From Eubacteriales bacterium (GTDB lineage Bacteria > Bacillota > Clostridia > Oscillospirales > CAG-272): DNA of 64,000 nt. The notes under the pieces were generated by a model that had not been told where the DNA came from, made no database searches, and saw only the letters and a program-made list of their open reading frames with translations. Position numbers and translations under genes: made by a program. Positions 1 through 8,823 of this stretch are shown one piece after another. Each line of letters begins with the position of its first letter. Within the stretch, counting starts at the first letter, position 1. The stretch spans positions 384-64,383 of the forward strand of contig JAZSBL010000025.1 of NCBI GenBank assembly GCA_045602385.1, in the 5' to 3' direction.

Positions 1-999
1 TGCGGTGGGATTTTGGCAAGTGACCGTCTTGCTCTCCTCGCCGATTACAAGCTCAAAGCTCTGAGCCTCTCCACCACCGTTGCGGGAAGCAAGGTATGAC
101 TCAAGCTCCTTCACAAAACCCGCTCTGTCAACGCTAAACGCGACCCTGTATATAGGCTCAAATTCAAGCGCATCATCATGGAGATTTACTATCTCGCAAA
201 GCGCGTATCTTGCAGGGTGGTCTGCCGCCGCTTCCGCGCCGATCTCGGTCTTGATCTCCTCGTAAAGCGCCTTCGCGCTTGCAAGCGAGTGATTTCCGTC
301 ACCTATCGCAAAGAGGAGCGCAGGCGCATCCACGCCGTATTTCTCCTGCATAACGCCCTCTGCACAAAGGACATTGAGCGCCTCGTTTATCTTATCAAAA
401 TCGCTCTCGTCAACAAAGTATCCCGTAACGTGTCCGCTGTTTGCCATAAGGTCGAAATCGTATGCCTTTTTATAGCTTTCCGCCTTTGCCGCCACGGGCT
501 CTACAACGGTTCTGTCCTTATCGTCTATCAGGATCATTATATGTGGCATCTCTATTGCGGCTCCGCGACGAATAGCTACTCTCGGAGGAATTCTCTCAAG
601 CACGGTGCCCTCGGTCGCACGGGTGATCGTGACAGAGCCCTTGTTGTAGTTATACTCCTCAAGGTCGATAGCGCCGACTATTCCGCGCCTGACCTTGCCG
701 TCAGACTGTACTCTCTCAAGGTATATCATAGTGTTTTCATGGCACTTGAGCGTTCCGTTATCAAGATACTCTCTCATTCTTGCGTTGATCTTCGGGATCG
801 CTTCCGCCTCCATGTCGAGATATGCCTCCGGAAGCATCAGATCAAGTGTCGATGGCGTGCCGTCAACGTATGCTCTCGCGCTTCTCCAATACTCTCTCTC
901 GCTTGTGTACTGGTCGCAGGCTACGCACGCCCACTTGGTTCCTCTCTCACCTTCAAGATCGGGCAGATATATATTAGCAGGATAAAATAATTGTTTCAT
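1..999 (-). CDS. DUF1015 family protein (3' end cut by window edge)
   Basis: Missing from the ORF track because it runs off the window. My minus-strand translation from ATG 999-997 (RBS AAAGGAG, plus-strand 1007-1013) reads MKQLFYPANIYLPDLEGERGTKWACVACDQYTSEREYW...ATEGTVLERIPPRVAIRRGA...GDGNHSLASAKA and stays open to position 1. I recall this pattern as DUF1015. Plus-strand ORFs 178..990 and 695..985 are shadows of it. Confidence 0.7.
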   Translation of the reverse strand, partial: MKQLFYPANIYLPDLEGERGTKWACVACDQYTSEREYWRSARAYVDGTPSTLDLMLPEAYLDMEAEAIPKINARMREYLDNGTLKCHENTMIYLERVQSDGKVRRGIVGAIDLEEYNYNKGSVTITRATEGTVLERIPPRVAIRRGAAIEMPHIMILIDDKDRTVVEPVAAKAESYKKAYDFDLMANSGHVTGYFVDESDFDKINEALNVLCAEGVMQEKYGVDAPALLFAIGDGNHSLASAKALYEEIKTEIGAEAAADHPARYALCEIVNLHDDALEFEPIYRVAFSVDRAGFVKELESYLASRNGGGEAQSFELVIGEESKTVTCQNPTA

Positions 1000-1131
1000 T
1001 TCAAGACTCCTTTTGAGTTTATGCATATATGATAGCATAAAACGCACAACAAATCAATACCCAAAAGGAATTCTTGTATACGTATTCAAATGAAAAGCAC
1101 TGCCGGGAGCAATTTTTATTGAGATTTCCTA

Positions 1132-1160
1132 TTGACAACCATGTCGATTTTCCATATAAT
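1132..1160 (+). promoter_or_regulatory. sigma-A-type promoter of lysC
   Basis: TTGACA (1132-1137), 17-nt spacer, TATAAT (1155-1160); about 50 nt upstream of the lysC ATG. Confidence 0.6.
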
Positions 1161-1211
1161 ATGTATATAATTCGCATTTACTTGCATTTTACCGAAAGGA
1201 TATATATAACC

Positions 1212-2537
1212 ATGGCAATTAAAGTAGTTAAATTCGGCGGCTCCTCTCTTGCAGACGCGGAGCATTTCCGCCAGGTAGCCTCAATAGTTAAGGCTGACCC
1301 CGCGCGACGCTACGTTATCCCCAGCGCACCCGGAAAGAGATTTTCCGATGACACAAAGGTCACGGACATGCTCTACACATTCTACGAGCTTGTTCGCTCC
1401 AGAGCGGCAAGCGAGGTAATAGATGCGCAGTACGAAAGCATCAAGGCAAGATATAACTCTATAATTAAGGAACTCGGCATTAATCTCGACCTCACAGGTG
1501 AATACGAGTATATCAAGAACGCTATTCTCCACAGCTCAGGACGTGACTTTGCCGCAAGCCGCGGAGAATACCTCAACGGTATCATTCTTGCGAAATACTT
1601 GGGCTTCGACTTCATAGACGCCGAAAACGTTATCTACTTCAAGGAAAACGGAAGCTTTGACGAGGAAAAGACCAACGATATGCTCTCCCTTGAGCTTAAG
1701 GACCACAAGTATGCGGTAATCCCCGGCTTCTACGGCATCAACCCCAACGGAACAGTTGTTACCTTCTCTCGCGGTGGCTCTGATATTACCGGTTCTATCG
1801 TTGCGCGCGCGGCAGAGGCAGATCTCTACGAGAACTGGACCGACGTTTCGGGCTTTATGATGGCAGACCCCAGAATCATCAAGAATACCCAGCCCATCGA
1901 TACCATCACCTATCGTGTGCTTCGTGAGCTTTCCTACATGGGCGCAACCGTTCTCCACGAGGACGCTATATTCCCTGTTCGTTACGCCGGTATCCCGATC
2001 AACATAAAGAACACCAATCGTCCCGAGGATAAAGGAACAATGATCGTTTCTCAGGCTTCGGGCTACGACACCGAGCACGTTATCACCGGTATTGCCGGAA
2101 AGAAGGGTTTCTCGGTTCTCACTATCGAGAAGGATATGATGAACTCCGAGGTGGGATTTGGACGCAAGGTGCTTGAATCTCTTGAGGACTTCGGTGTTTC
2201 CTTTGAGCATCTCCCCTCCGGTATCGATACCATGAGCGTTGTCGTTCAGAATGCGCAGATCAAGGGCAACGAGGAGAAGATAATTGCCGCAGTAACCAGA
2301 AGAACCAAGCCCGACAGCATCACTCTTGAGGGCGGACTTGCGCTTGTCGCAGTAGTTGGACGAGGAATGGTAAAGGCACGTGGAACCGCCGCTCGCGTAT
2401 TCAACGCGGTATCCAATGCAGGCGTTAACATCAAGATGATCGATCAGGGCTCATGTGAGCTTAACATCATCGTAGGCGTAGACGAGCATGATTTCGAGAC
2501 CACTCTCAATGCTATCTACAATGAGTTTGTGAAATAA
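1212..2537 (+). CDS. lysC: aspartate kinase
   Basis: MAIKVVKFGGSSLADAEHF... carries the KFGGSS kinase motif, and the C-terminal part is ACT-like (LALVAVVGRGM...IKMIDQGSCELNIIV). Start moved from the track's 1074 to ATG 1212, which follows the promoter. Confidence 0.9.
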   Translation: MAIKVVKFGGSSLADAEHFRQVASIVKADPARRYVIPSAPGKRFSDDTKVTDMLYTFYELVRSRAASEVIDAQYESIKARYNSIIKELGINLDLTGEYEYIKNAILHSSGRDFAASRGEYLNGIILAKYLGFDFIDAENVIYFKENGSFDEEKTNDMLSLELKDHKYAVIPGFYGINPNGTVVTFSRGGSDITGSIVARAAEADLYENWTDVSGFMMADPRIIKNTQPIDTITYRVLRELSYMGATVLHEDAIFPVRYAGIPINIKNTNRPEDKGTMIVSQASGYDTEHVITGIAGKKGFSVLTIEKDMMNSEVGFGRKVLESLEDFGVSFEHLPSGIDTMSVVVQNAQIKGNEEKIIAAVTRRTKPDSITLEGGLALVAVVGRGMVKARGTAARVFNAVSNAGVNIKMIDQGSCELNIIVGVDEHDFETTLNAIYNEFVK

Positions 2538-2548
2538 CAAAACACAAG

Positions 2549-2579
2549 AAAAAAACCGTTGCGGTGCAACGGTTTTTTC
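2549..2579. terminator. bidirectional intrinsic terminator between lysC and truB
   Basis: The hairpin ccgttgc-ggt-gcaacgg is flanked by an A-run and a T-run (aaaaaaaccgttgcggtgcaacggtttttt), between convergent genes. Confidence 0.8.
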
Positions 2580-2580
2580 T

Positions 2581-3510
2581 TTATAATTCAAAAATTTTTA
2601 CTGATTTTATTACGGTATCCGCATCGCGGGCAACGGCCTCGCCGAGCGCGAAGAATTCGCCCCTCTCGTTGGCAATTCTGACCCTTTTGCCGACGGATAT
2701 ATCTGTCTTTATCTTTTTCTGATAGATCGGGCATCCGGCACGGAAAAGCTTCTCAAAAAACGCAGGCAATCTAACAATTTCAAGATCAGAAAACAGTCTT
2801 TCGGTGGGTAACAGTAACCCGTCACGCTCGTCTTCGCTCATCGTCTGTATTGCCTCAAGAGTGTGGCACTCTAAAATCGAAATTCCACACGCCTCAGTCC
2901 TCTCAAGAGCCGACATTGCCGCGCCGCAGCCAAGTCTTGCGCCGATATCCGCGCAAAGTGTCCTTATATACGTGCCGCCACTGCATTTTACGTCCAAAAC
3001 GTAGTCGGTGGCGCTATCGGTTGGCTCACAGGTAAGCGAAAGCACCTCTATCTCCCTCGCTTCGCGCTCGATAACAACTCCCTGTCTTGCAAGATCGTAA
3101 AGCTTCTGTCCGTTGACCTTCAAAGCAGAATACATCGGCGGTATCTGCTTTATCTTGCCCACAAATCCCGCACACGCACCAACGACCTCGTCTGCGGAAG
3201 GAATATTCTCGCTCCTCGTTAAAATTTCACCTGTCGTGTCCTCGGTATCGGTCGTTATGCCGAGACGCATTCCCGCGCGATATCCCTTTCTGTCAGAGGA
3301 GATATATTCGCAGGCCTTAGCAGCCCTGCCGACAAGAACCACAAGCACACCCGTCGCCATAGGGTCAAGCGTTCCCGCGTGACCTACGCGCTTTGTACCG
3401 TACAGCCTTCTTATTTTGTTTACCACGTCGTGCGAGGTCATCCCCGCGGGCTTATAAACGGGCAGGATTCCGCCGGGGAGATTGTCCCTTTCGGTGTGCT
3501 TGACTCCCAT
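2581..3510 (-). CDS. truB: tRNA pseudouridine(55) synthase
   Basis: ILPVYKPAGMTSHDVVNKIRR...GHAGTLDPMATGVLVVLVG is the typical TruB catalytic-Asp motif. Its ATG shares one base with the trmB stop (TGATG). Confidence 0.9.
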   Translation of the reverse strand: MGVKHTERDNLPGGILPVYKPAGMTSHDVVNKIRRLYGTKRVGHAGTLDPMATGVLVVLVGRAAKACEYISSDRKGYRAGMRLGITTDTEDTTGEILTRSENIPSADEVVGACAGFVGKIKQIPPMYSALKVNGQKLYDLARQGVVIEREAREIEVLSLTCEPTDSATDYVLDVKCSGGTYIRTLCADIGARLGCGAAMSALERTEACGISILECHTLEAIQTMSEDERDGLLLPTERLFSDLEIVRLPAFFEKLFRAGCPIYQKKIKTDISVGKRVRIANERGEFFALGEAVARDADTVIKSVKIFEL

Positions 3511-4163
3511 CAGTTGAACCTCACGATCGCAGAATTAATGGCATAGCCCTTTTCAGACCAGTTTTTCTCATACTCGGTCATTACGTTACCCTCGGCGCGG
3601 TCGCTGTTGTGAAGGTCGCGTGTCATCCACTCAACCGTACAGCCGAATTCCTCAAAGGATTCAAGTGAAAAATCAAACAGGCCCACATTGTCGGTCTTGA
3701 ATATAAGTCTGCCGTCCTCCTTCAAAATTCGCTTGTATCGCTCAAGGAATATACGGTGCGTCAAGCGACGCTTGGCATGCCCCGCCTTGGGCCACGGATC
3801 GCTGAAGTTGAGATATATACGGTCAAGACAATGCTCCGGAAACCACTCGTTAAGATTATCGGCATTGCCGATGATAAAACGGAGATTGTCGGGTCGCTCG
3901 TCAGAGCAAGCCATCGCTTTTTCAAGCGCTACGCAGCATACGTCAGGCACCTTTTCCATCGCGATAAGGTTCTCGTGGGGGCGCGCCTTTGCCGTTCCAA
4001 CGGCAAAATTACCCTTTCCGCAGCCTATTTCAAGGCAGAGTCCCTTGCTTTTGTCGGAAAAGGGTGACGCGGGATCCGCCATAAGCACCGACGGATCGGC
4101 TATAAGTAACTCGGCACAGGCTCTGATCCTCTCCTCGCCGTGCCTCTTTTTTCTCATTCTCAT
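3510..4163 (-). CDS. trmB: tRNA (guanine46-N7)-methyltransferase
   Basis: LEIGCGKGNF SAM-binding motif, PDNLRFI, NFSDPWPK; 217 aa, a typical TrmB length. Confidence 0.9.
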   Translation of the reverse strand: MRMRKKRHGEERIRACAELLIADPSVLMADPASPFSDKSKGLCLEIGCGKGNFAVGTAKARPHENLIAMEKVPDVCCVALEKAMACSDERPDNLRFIIGNADNLNEWFPEHCLDRIYLNFSDPWPKAGHAKRRLTHRIFLERYKRILKEDGRLIFKTDNVGLFDFSLESFEEFGCTVEWMTRDLHNSDRAEGNVMTEYEKNWSEKGYAINSAIVRFN

Positions 4164-4280
4164 AAATATATACCTCTATGTCATACTAAAACAAACAATT
4201 TAATGTAACGCCACGTCTATCGTGGAATTTCACCCCTACTCTCCTCTATTAAAAGTTTTTGGGGAGGTGGGGAGAGTGCA

Positions 4281-4328
4281 GAGAGGGGAGGAGACCTCTT
4301 TTTCCCAAAAAGGGTCTCCTCCCCTCTC
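4281..4328. other. long GC-rich inverted repeat (about 22-bp stem) between ychF and trmB; possible terminator or RNA-stabilising hairpin
   Basis: gagaggggaggagacc (4281-4296) pairs with ggtctcctcccctctc (4313-4328), and the inner cttttt/aaaaag also pairs. No clear U-tract on either strand. Confidence 0.4.
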
Positions 4329-4340
4329 TGCTATCTATCA

Positions 4341-5435
4341 TCAAACGTTAAATCTGAACAGAACGATATCTCCGTCCTTCATGACGTATTCCTTACCCTC
4401 ACTGCGGACAAGGCCCTTATCCTTTGCGGCAACCATATTTCCGCACTCAACAAGGTCGTCAAATGCGATGACCTCTGCACGAATAAATCCGCGCTCGAAG
4501 TCGGAGTGGATCTTACCTGCCGCCTGGGGCGCCTTAGTTCCCTTTGTGATAGTCCAAGCACGAACCTCCTCAGGTCCCGCGGTCAGATAAGAGATAAGAC
4601 CGAGAAGCGAATAGCTCGCCTTGATAAGCTTGTCAAGTCCGCTCTCCGCAATTCCCATATCCTCAAGGAACATCTGCTTTTCCTCGCCCTCAAGCTCCGC
4701 TATCTCGGACTCAATACCGGCGCAAACAGCAATAACGGCACTGTTCTCTGTTGCGGCAAATTCCTTGACCGCCATATATGCGGCATTATCTGTCGGCTCT
4801 GCGGCAACCTCATCCTCGCTTACGTTTGCAACGTAAATAACAGGCTTACGTGTCAAGAGCGGTGTGTCGAAAAGACAAGCCTCCTCGTCTTCTGTAAGAG
4901 TCATTGTACGCGCGCACTTGCCCGACTCAAGAACAGCATAAATACGCTCGAAGAGCTCAAGCTCGCCCGCGAGGGTCTTGTCGCCCTTCATAGCCTTCTT
5001 GGTTCTGTCTATTCTTCTCTCAACCATCTCCATATCCGAGAAGATAAGCTCCATATTGATAGTTTCAAGATCGCGCATGGGGTTGACCGAGCCGTCAACG
5101 TGGATTATATTTTCGTCCTCAAAGCAACGGACCACGTGGATTATCGCATCGCACTCGCGGATATTGGACAAGAACTTGTTTCCAAGTCCCTCACCCTGGG
5201 ATGCGCCCTTTACAAGTCCCGCGATGTCAACGAACTGAATTACCGCAGGGGTGTACTTCTTGGGGTCGTACATCTTGGCAAGCACGTCAAGACGGCTATC
5301 CGGCACAGTAACAACTCCCACGTTGGGTTCTATTGTGCAGAAGGGATAGTTTGCCGACTCCGCTCCCGCATTTGTCAAAGCGTTAAAAAGTGTTGATTTT
5401 CCTACGTTGGGAAGTCCCACGATACCAAGTTTCAT
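4341..5435 (-). CDS. ychF: redox-regulated ATPase YchF
   Basis: MKLGIVGLPNVGKSTLFNALT P-loop, full-length 364 aa, C-terminal ...GKEYVMKDGDIVLFRFNV. Confidence 0.95.
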   Translation of the reverse strand: MKLGIVGLPNVGKSTLFNALTNAGAESANYPFCTIEPNVGVVTVPDSRLDVLAKMYDPKKYTPAVIQFVDIAGLVKGASQGEGLGNKFLSNIRECDAIIHVVRCFEDENIIHVDGSVNPMRDLETINMELIFSDMEMVERRIDRTKKAMKGDKTLAGELELFERIYAVLESGKCARTMTLTEDEEACLFDTPLLTRKPVIYVANVSEDEVAAEPTDNAAYMAVKEFAATENSAVIAVCAGIESEIAELEGEEKQMFLEDMGIAESGLDKLIKASYSLLGLISYLTAGPEEVRAWTITKGTKAPQAAGKIHSDFERGFIRAEVIAFDDLVECGNMVAAKDKGLVRSEGKEYVMKDGDIVLFRFNV

Positions 5436-5540
5436 ATATTTCTCCTTGTGGCTTACTTAAAATGCCCATATTTTCCTATTTTACGTATATTATACAACAT
5501 TTGCAGTAAAAATTCAAGCATTGGGCTGAAATTTGCAGAC

Positions 5541-5578
5541 AAAAAAAGGGCGGCTACGCCCAGAGGTGGACGTAGCCG
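5541..5578 (-). terminator. intrinsic terminator ending the fibre operon
   Basis: On the minus strand, cggctacg (5571-5578) pairs with cgtagccg (5551-5558) and is followed by T7 (plus-strand A-run 5541-5547). It lies 12 nt after the stop of 5590..7068. Confidence 0.75.
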
Positions 5579-5589
5579 TAATTTCTTAT

Positions 5590-7068
5590 TTAATTTGGAT
5601 GTGCATTCCACTTGTATGAGCCATACGAGCTTCCTATTCCTCTTTCGAGTTCAAAGTATCCGTCGGTACATACGACCCTTGAGTCTTCCTTGAGTCCATT
5701 ATGCCACTCATCATGGCTGTTATTAACGATTTCCTGCCATTCTGCCATGGTACCATTAAAGTTGATGGTAACTACCTTGATATCCGAGCCGAAGTTTCGT
5801 GAGAATGTGTTTTTGCCAAGATATTCAAGGGTGTTTGGCAACGATACGGCGGAAAGTGAAGACGTGTACGCAAGCGCGTTGCCCTCTATTCTCTTTACTC
5901 CCTCTCCGACTGTGATGTTCTGAACTCCTGAGCCATAGTCAAAATTATTTTCGTTCTTATAGAGCTTTGCAATGATCTCAACGGGAATTCCGTTGACCGC
6001 TCCGGGTATCTTGGTAGGATTGTTCAACGTATCGACCGCTTCCACGCGGTAATAGTTGATTATTCCGTCTCCGTCGCTGTCTACCGGTATAAGATTGAGA
6101 TTTCCTGTATACGTGTAGATCAGTCTTACGGTAATGTTGCTCGTTGCTCCCTCTATCTTATAATTATCCCACTTTACGCTCATGTCCTGAGCTGCGGCCG
6201 CCTGCGCATATTCAGCAAGCTTTGCATCAACAATTGCCTGACCTTCACTCGACAGATTCTTAGCTGAGCTCTTGAAGCTTTCCTGATACACAACATTACC
6301 GTCGTTATCAACGAACATTATCTGATATATACTATCCCATTTAGCCGAAAGCGTATAGCTGTTGGTGTTTCCTGCCGAGTAGTAGTAGACAGCCTCTGCA
6401 TTGGCATTCAGCCAATATGCAAACGGAAGACCACCGTTATCCGGACCGCTTTCTCTTACGTAATACTCAATGGTATTATCCGTGATGCAATCAACGGCAT
6501 ATTGCTCGTTGCCGTTCATATACGTGATCGTGTAGATAACAGGCTTAAAATCAAAGTTGATAAGCATCTCGCCCGATGAAATGTTTTCGTTCAGCGTGTA
6601 TGTAACGTATAGCGTTATCTCCTCGCCGGGCGCGATCGGCGTGCCACTATAATAGTTCATGCCCTGCGCCGATGGAACAACGTTTGATCCCGCCTCGTCA
6701 AGCGACGCGGTAATAGTCACCTTGTCGGCAGCCCCGCCAAGCGCCGTGTCATACCGTGTTCCTGCATAAACGTACGTGTTGCTCTCGGACTCGTTTTTCG
6801 CGGTGATCCTATAAACGATCTTTTGCCCCGCGTTGCCCGTGACCGTGGTATTTATATTGGTCGGCAACAGTAACTTGTTGGATTGTGTGGCATCGGTGCC
6901 GTCCCATACGGTAACATCCCGAATCACCATGCAATCAAAATCCATAGCTTCAGCATTAACCGAACCGTTAATTAACAAATCCGAGCTTATGCTTGCGTAT
7001 CCTATGCACGCAAATATAGACATAAGGGAGAGCGAGATTCCGATAAGGCACTTTAACCATGTCTTCAT
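5590..7068 (-). CDS. secreted multidomain protein: TasA-like N-terminal module, Listeria-Bacteroides-type repeat and BspA-type LRR (putative fibre-associated adhesin)
   Basis: Signal peptide MKTWLKCLIGISLSLMSIFACIGYASISSDLLINGSVNAEA. Flg_new-like segment YTITYMNGNE...FAYWLNA...YTLSAKWD. LRR_5-like segment IEGNALAYTSSLSAVSLPNTLEYLGKNTF. I prefer ATG 7068 over the track's GTG 7077 because of RBS spacing. Confidence 0.6.
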   Translation of the reverse strand: MKTWLKCLIGISLSLMSIFACIGYASISSDLLINGSVNAEAMDFDCMVIRDVTVWDGTDATQSNKLLLPTNINTTVTGNAGQKIVYRITAKNESESNTYVYAGTRYDTALGGAADKVTITASLDEAGSNVVPSAQGMNYYSGTPIAPGEEITLYVTYTLNENISSGEMLINFDFKPVIYTITYMNGNEQYAVDCITDNTIEYYVRESGPDNGGLPFAYWLNANAEAVYYYSAGNTNSYTLSAKWDSIYQIMFVDNDGNVVYQESFKSSAKNLSSEGQAIVDAKLAEYAQAAAAQDMSVKWDNYKIEGATSNITVRLIYTYTGNLNLIPVDSDGDGIINYYRVEAVDTLNNPTKIPGAVNGIPVEIIAKLYKNENNFDYGSGVQNITVGEGVKRIEGNALAYTSSLSAVSLPNTLEYLGKNTFSRNFGSDIKVVTINFNGTMAEWQEIVNNSHDEWHNGLKEDSRVVCTDGYFELERGIGSSYGSYKWNAHPN

Positions 7069-7095
7069 GTATCTCACTCTCCCCTCGTTTGTAAT

Positions 7096-8796
7096 TTACT
7101 GTTCGTTATTTTCTTCTGTGGGAGTGATCATTGCAGTGAATATCTGTTCAGCCTTGCGTCTGACTACTCCGATGATCTTTTTCAAGGGATGACCGATAGT
7201 CTCGGGATCAACCTTGTAATTTCCTCTTGAGACCTCCGCCTCTCTAACGATCTCCCTGTCGTTGTGGATATCTCTTGTAGGAACAAGGACTACGTCTCCT
7301 GCCTCAACGGAGTTTCCGTCGGGATCGTAACGGTAGGTCTTATCGGGACGCTCCTTCCAGAACACATCGATAGCGTCTACACCGATCTCCTCGGGCTCTT
7401 CAATCTCAGGGATGGCGGCGATAAGCTCCTCGACCTCAGCTTCGGGCTCTACAAGCTCCTCTGTCTTTGCTTCTTCATCGGGTGTCTCGTCCGCCTCGAC
7501 CTCAGACTCCTCTTGCTCTACCGTTGCCTCAACCTCAAGTACCTCGTCCGCCTCAACCTCGGGCTCCTCAAGAACCGTTTCAATAACCGGCTCGGGCTCT
7601 GTGGGCTTTTCGGGTGCAGGGGGTGTGTTTACTACGACCTTAACCACGGGACGTACAACGTTCGTGATATTGGGCTGTACTATCGTTGTGGGAGCGGTAT
7701 CCTTGGGCTCTGCCTCGGGCTCGCTGTATCCTTCAACGCTTACAGTATAAACGTAGAGAAGCTTACTGTCTGTGGGAATTATGAACTTGGTGCAGGTCTT
7801 GTCTGCATTTTCGTTCATAAGTATGGGTGCCTGGATCGTATCACGGATCTCAAGCATCTCGTCAAAGGTATCAACCATAATAATCTGGTATCCACCTGTC
7901 TCGAACATATTGTTGATCTTCTGGATATAGGACTTGTACTGCGAGATTATCTTCTTTACACGTGCTGTGTAAGTGATATCGGGTGTTCTTGTAAGGTAGA
8001 TAAATGCTACAAGAACAAGGATACAAAGCACATCCAGAACACCTATAACGATAGCCGATGTCTTAAATGCCTCGCTTCCCGCTCCTCTTGTGCAGGCGAT
8101 CATCTTCGCCTCCTCGTCCGGAACTGAGGAAGTCATTTTTATGTTGACCGTTTTGGTCGTAAGAGGTATACGAAGCTCGGAAGTGTAGTTATCAACCGCG
8201 CTGCCCGAAAAGGCCTCGCAATCGCTCAACACATCAACCTCAAGGGTCAAGACGATGTTGCTTGTAGTGCTTGTAAGACCATAGGTGTCAAGGAATCTGT
8301 TGGCAAGATCGTTGTACTCGTCGTAATTGATAACCACGATCTCGTTGATCCTTAATCTGTCAGAGCTGCTCTGCGACTTGTTCTGCACGTTGACAAGCTC
8401 GTATTCGGGATTGAATATGGCGCTCTTGGAGCTGTTATCGATTATCTCAAGCTTTGACTTGATGGTATATGAATAACGGTAATTTACGTCCTCGGTATCC
8501 ATATCGATCTCGTATGAAAAGTCCGCTATAATGCGATCGATAAGAGATGCGACGTAAGACTGATTTTCCGCCAAATGATCTTCCTCGTAGAATTCGTTTT
8601 CCTTTAAGAATACGTTATAACTGATATTTCCGCGCTCGGTGTAGCCGATGTAGTATTTACTCTCCAGCTGTACCGAAACGAGAGCCGAGATTATAACCGC
8701 TACCGTCAGAACGACTGCAATCACTATCTGGGTAAATATCCATTTTTCACGGTTTTTTCTGTACAAGGCACGGTGTTTCTTTTCTTTTTCCGACAT
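7096..8796 (-). CDS. DUF5305-like bitopic membrane protein with a Pro/Glu-rich linker and an extra C-terminal domain
   Basis: N-terminal TM (WIFTQIVIAVVLTVAVIISALV), an ectodomain of about 215 aa, and a second TM (AIVIGVLDVLCILVLVAFIYL). Then a cytoplasmic region, an acidic linker (EPEAEPKD...PEKPTEPEP...EEPEVEADE) and a domain of about 90 aa (YRYDPDGNSVEAGDVVLVP). Start set at ATG 8796 behind AAAGGAGG. The DUF5305 assignment is from recollection of this architecture next to SipW genes. Confidence 0.5.
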   Translation of the reverse strand: MSEKEKKHRALYRKNREKWIFTQIVIAVVLTVAVIISALVSVQLESKYYIGYTERGNISYNVFLKENEFYEEDHLAENQSYVASLIDRIIADFSYEIDMDTEDVNYRYSYTIKSKLEIIDNSSKSAIFNPEYELVNVQNKSQSSSDRLRINEIVVINYDEYNDLANRFLDTYGLTSTTSNIVLTLEVDVLSDCEAFSGSAVDNYTSELRIPLTTKTVNIKMTSSVPDEEAKMIACTRGAGSEAFKTSAIVIGVLDVLCILVLVAFIYLTRTPDITYTARVKKIISQYKSYIQKINNMFETGGYQIIMVDTFDEMLEIRDTIQAPILMNENADKTCTKFIIPTDSKLLYVYTVSVEGYSEPEAEPKDTAPTTIVQPNITNVVRPVVKVVVNTPPAPEKPTEPEPVIETVLEEPEVEADEVLEVEATVEQEESEVEADETPDEEAKTEELVEPEAEVEELIAAIPEIEEPEEIGVDAIDVFWKERPDKTYRYDPDGNSVEAGDVVLVPTRDIHNDREIVREAEVSRGNYKVDPETIGHPLKKIIGVVRRKAEQIFTAMITPTEENNEQ

Positions 8797-8823
8797 TTCT
8801 GTAAACCTCCTTTCTCTCAAATT

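Noticed and set aside
178-990. Plus-strand ORFs 178..990 (270 aa) and 695..985 (96 aa)
   Set aside because: They have an odd Cys/Arg/Leu-rich composition with no motifs. The opposite strand encodes a convincing DUF1015-type protein that is open across the whole interval.
1010-1211. Lysine riboswitch or T-box leader upstream of lysC, and likewise upstream of serC (27678-27747) and the permease
   Set aside because: The leaders are short (about 40-70 nt). I could not recognise the conserved riboswitch or T-box core sequences or a terminator/antiterminator pair.
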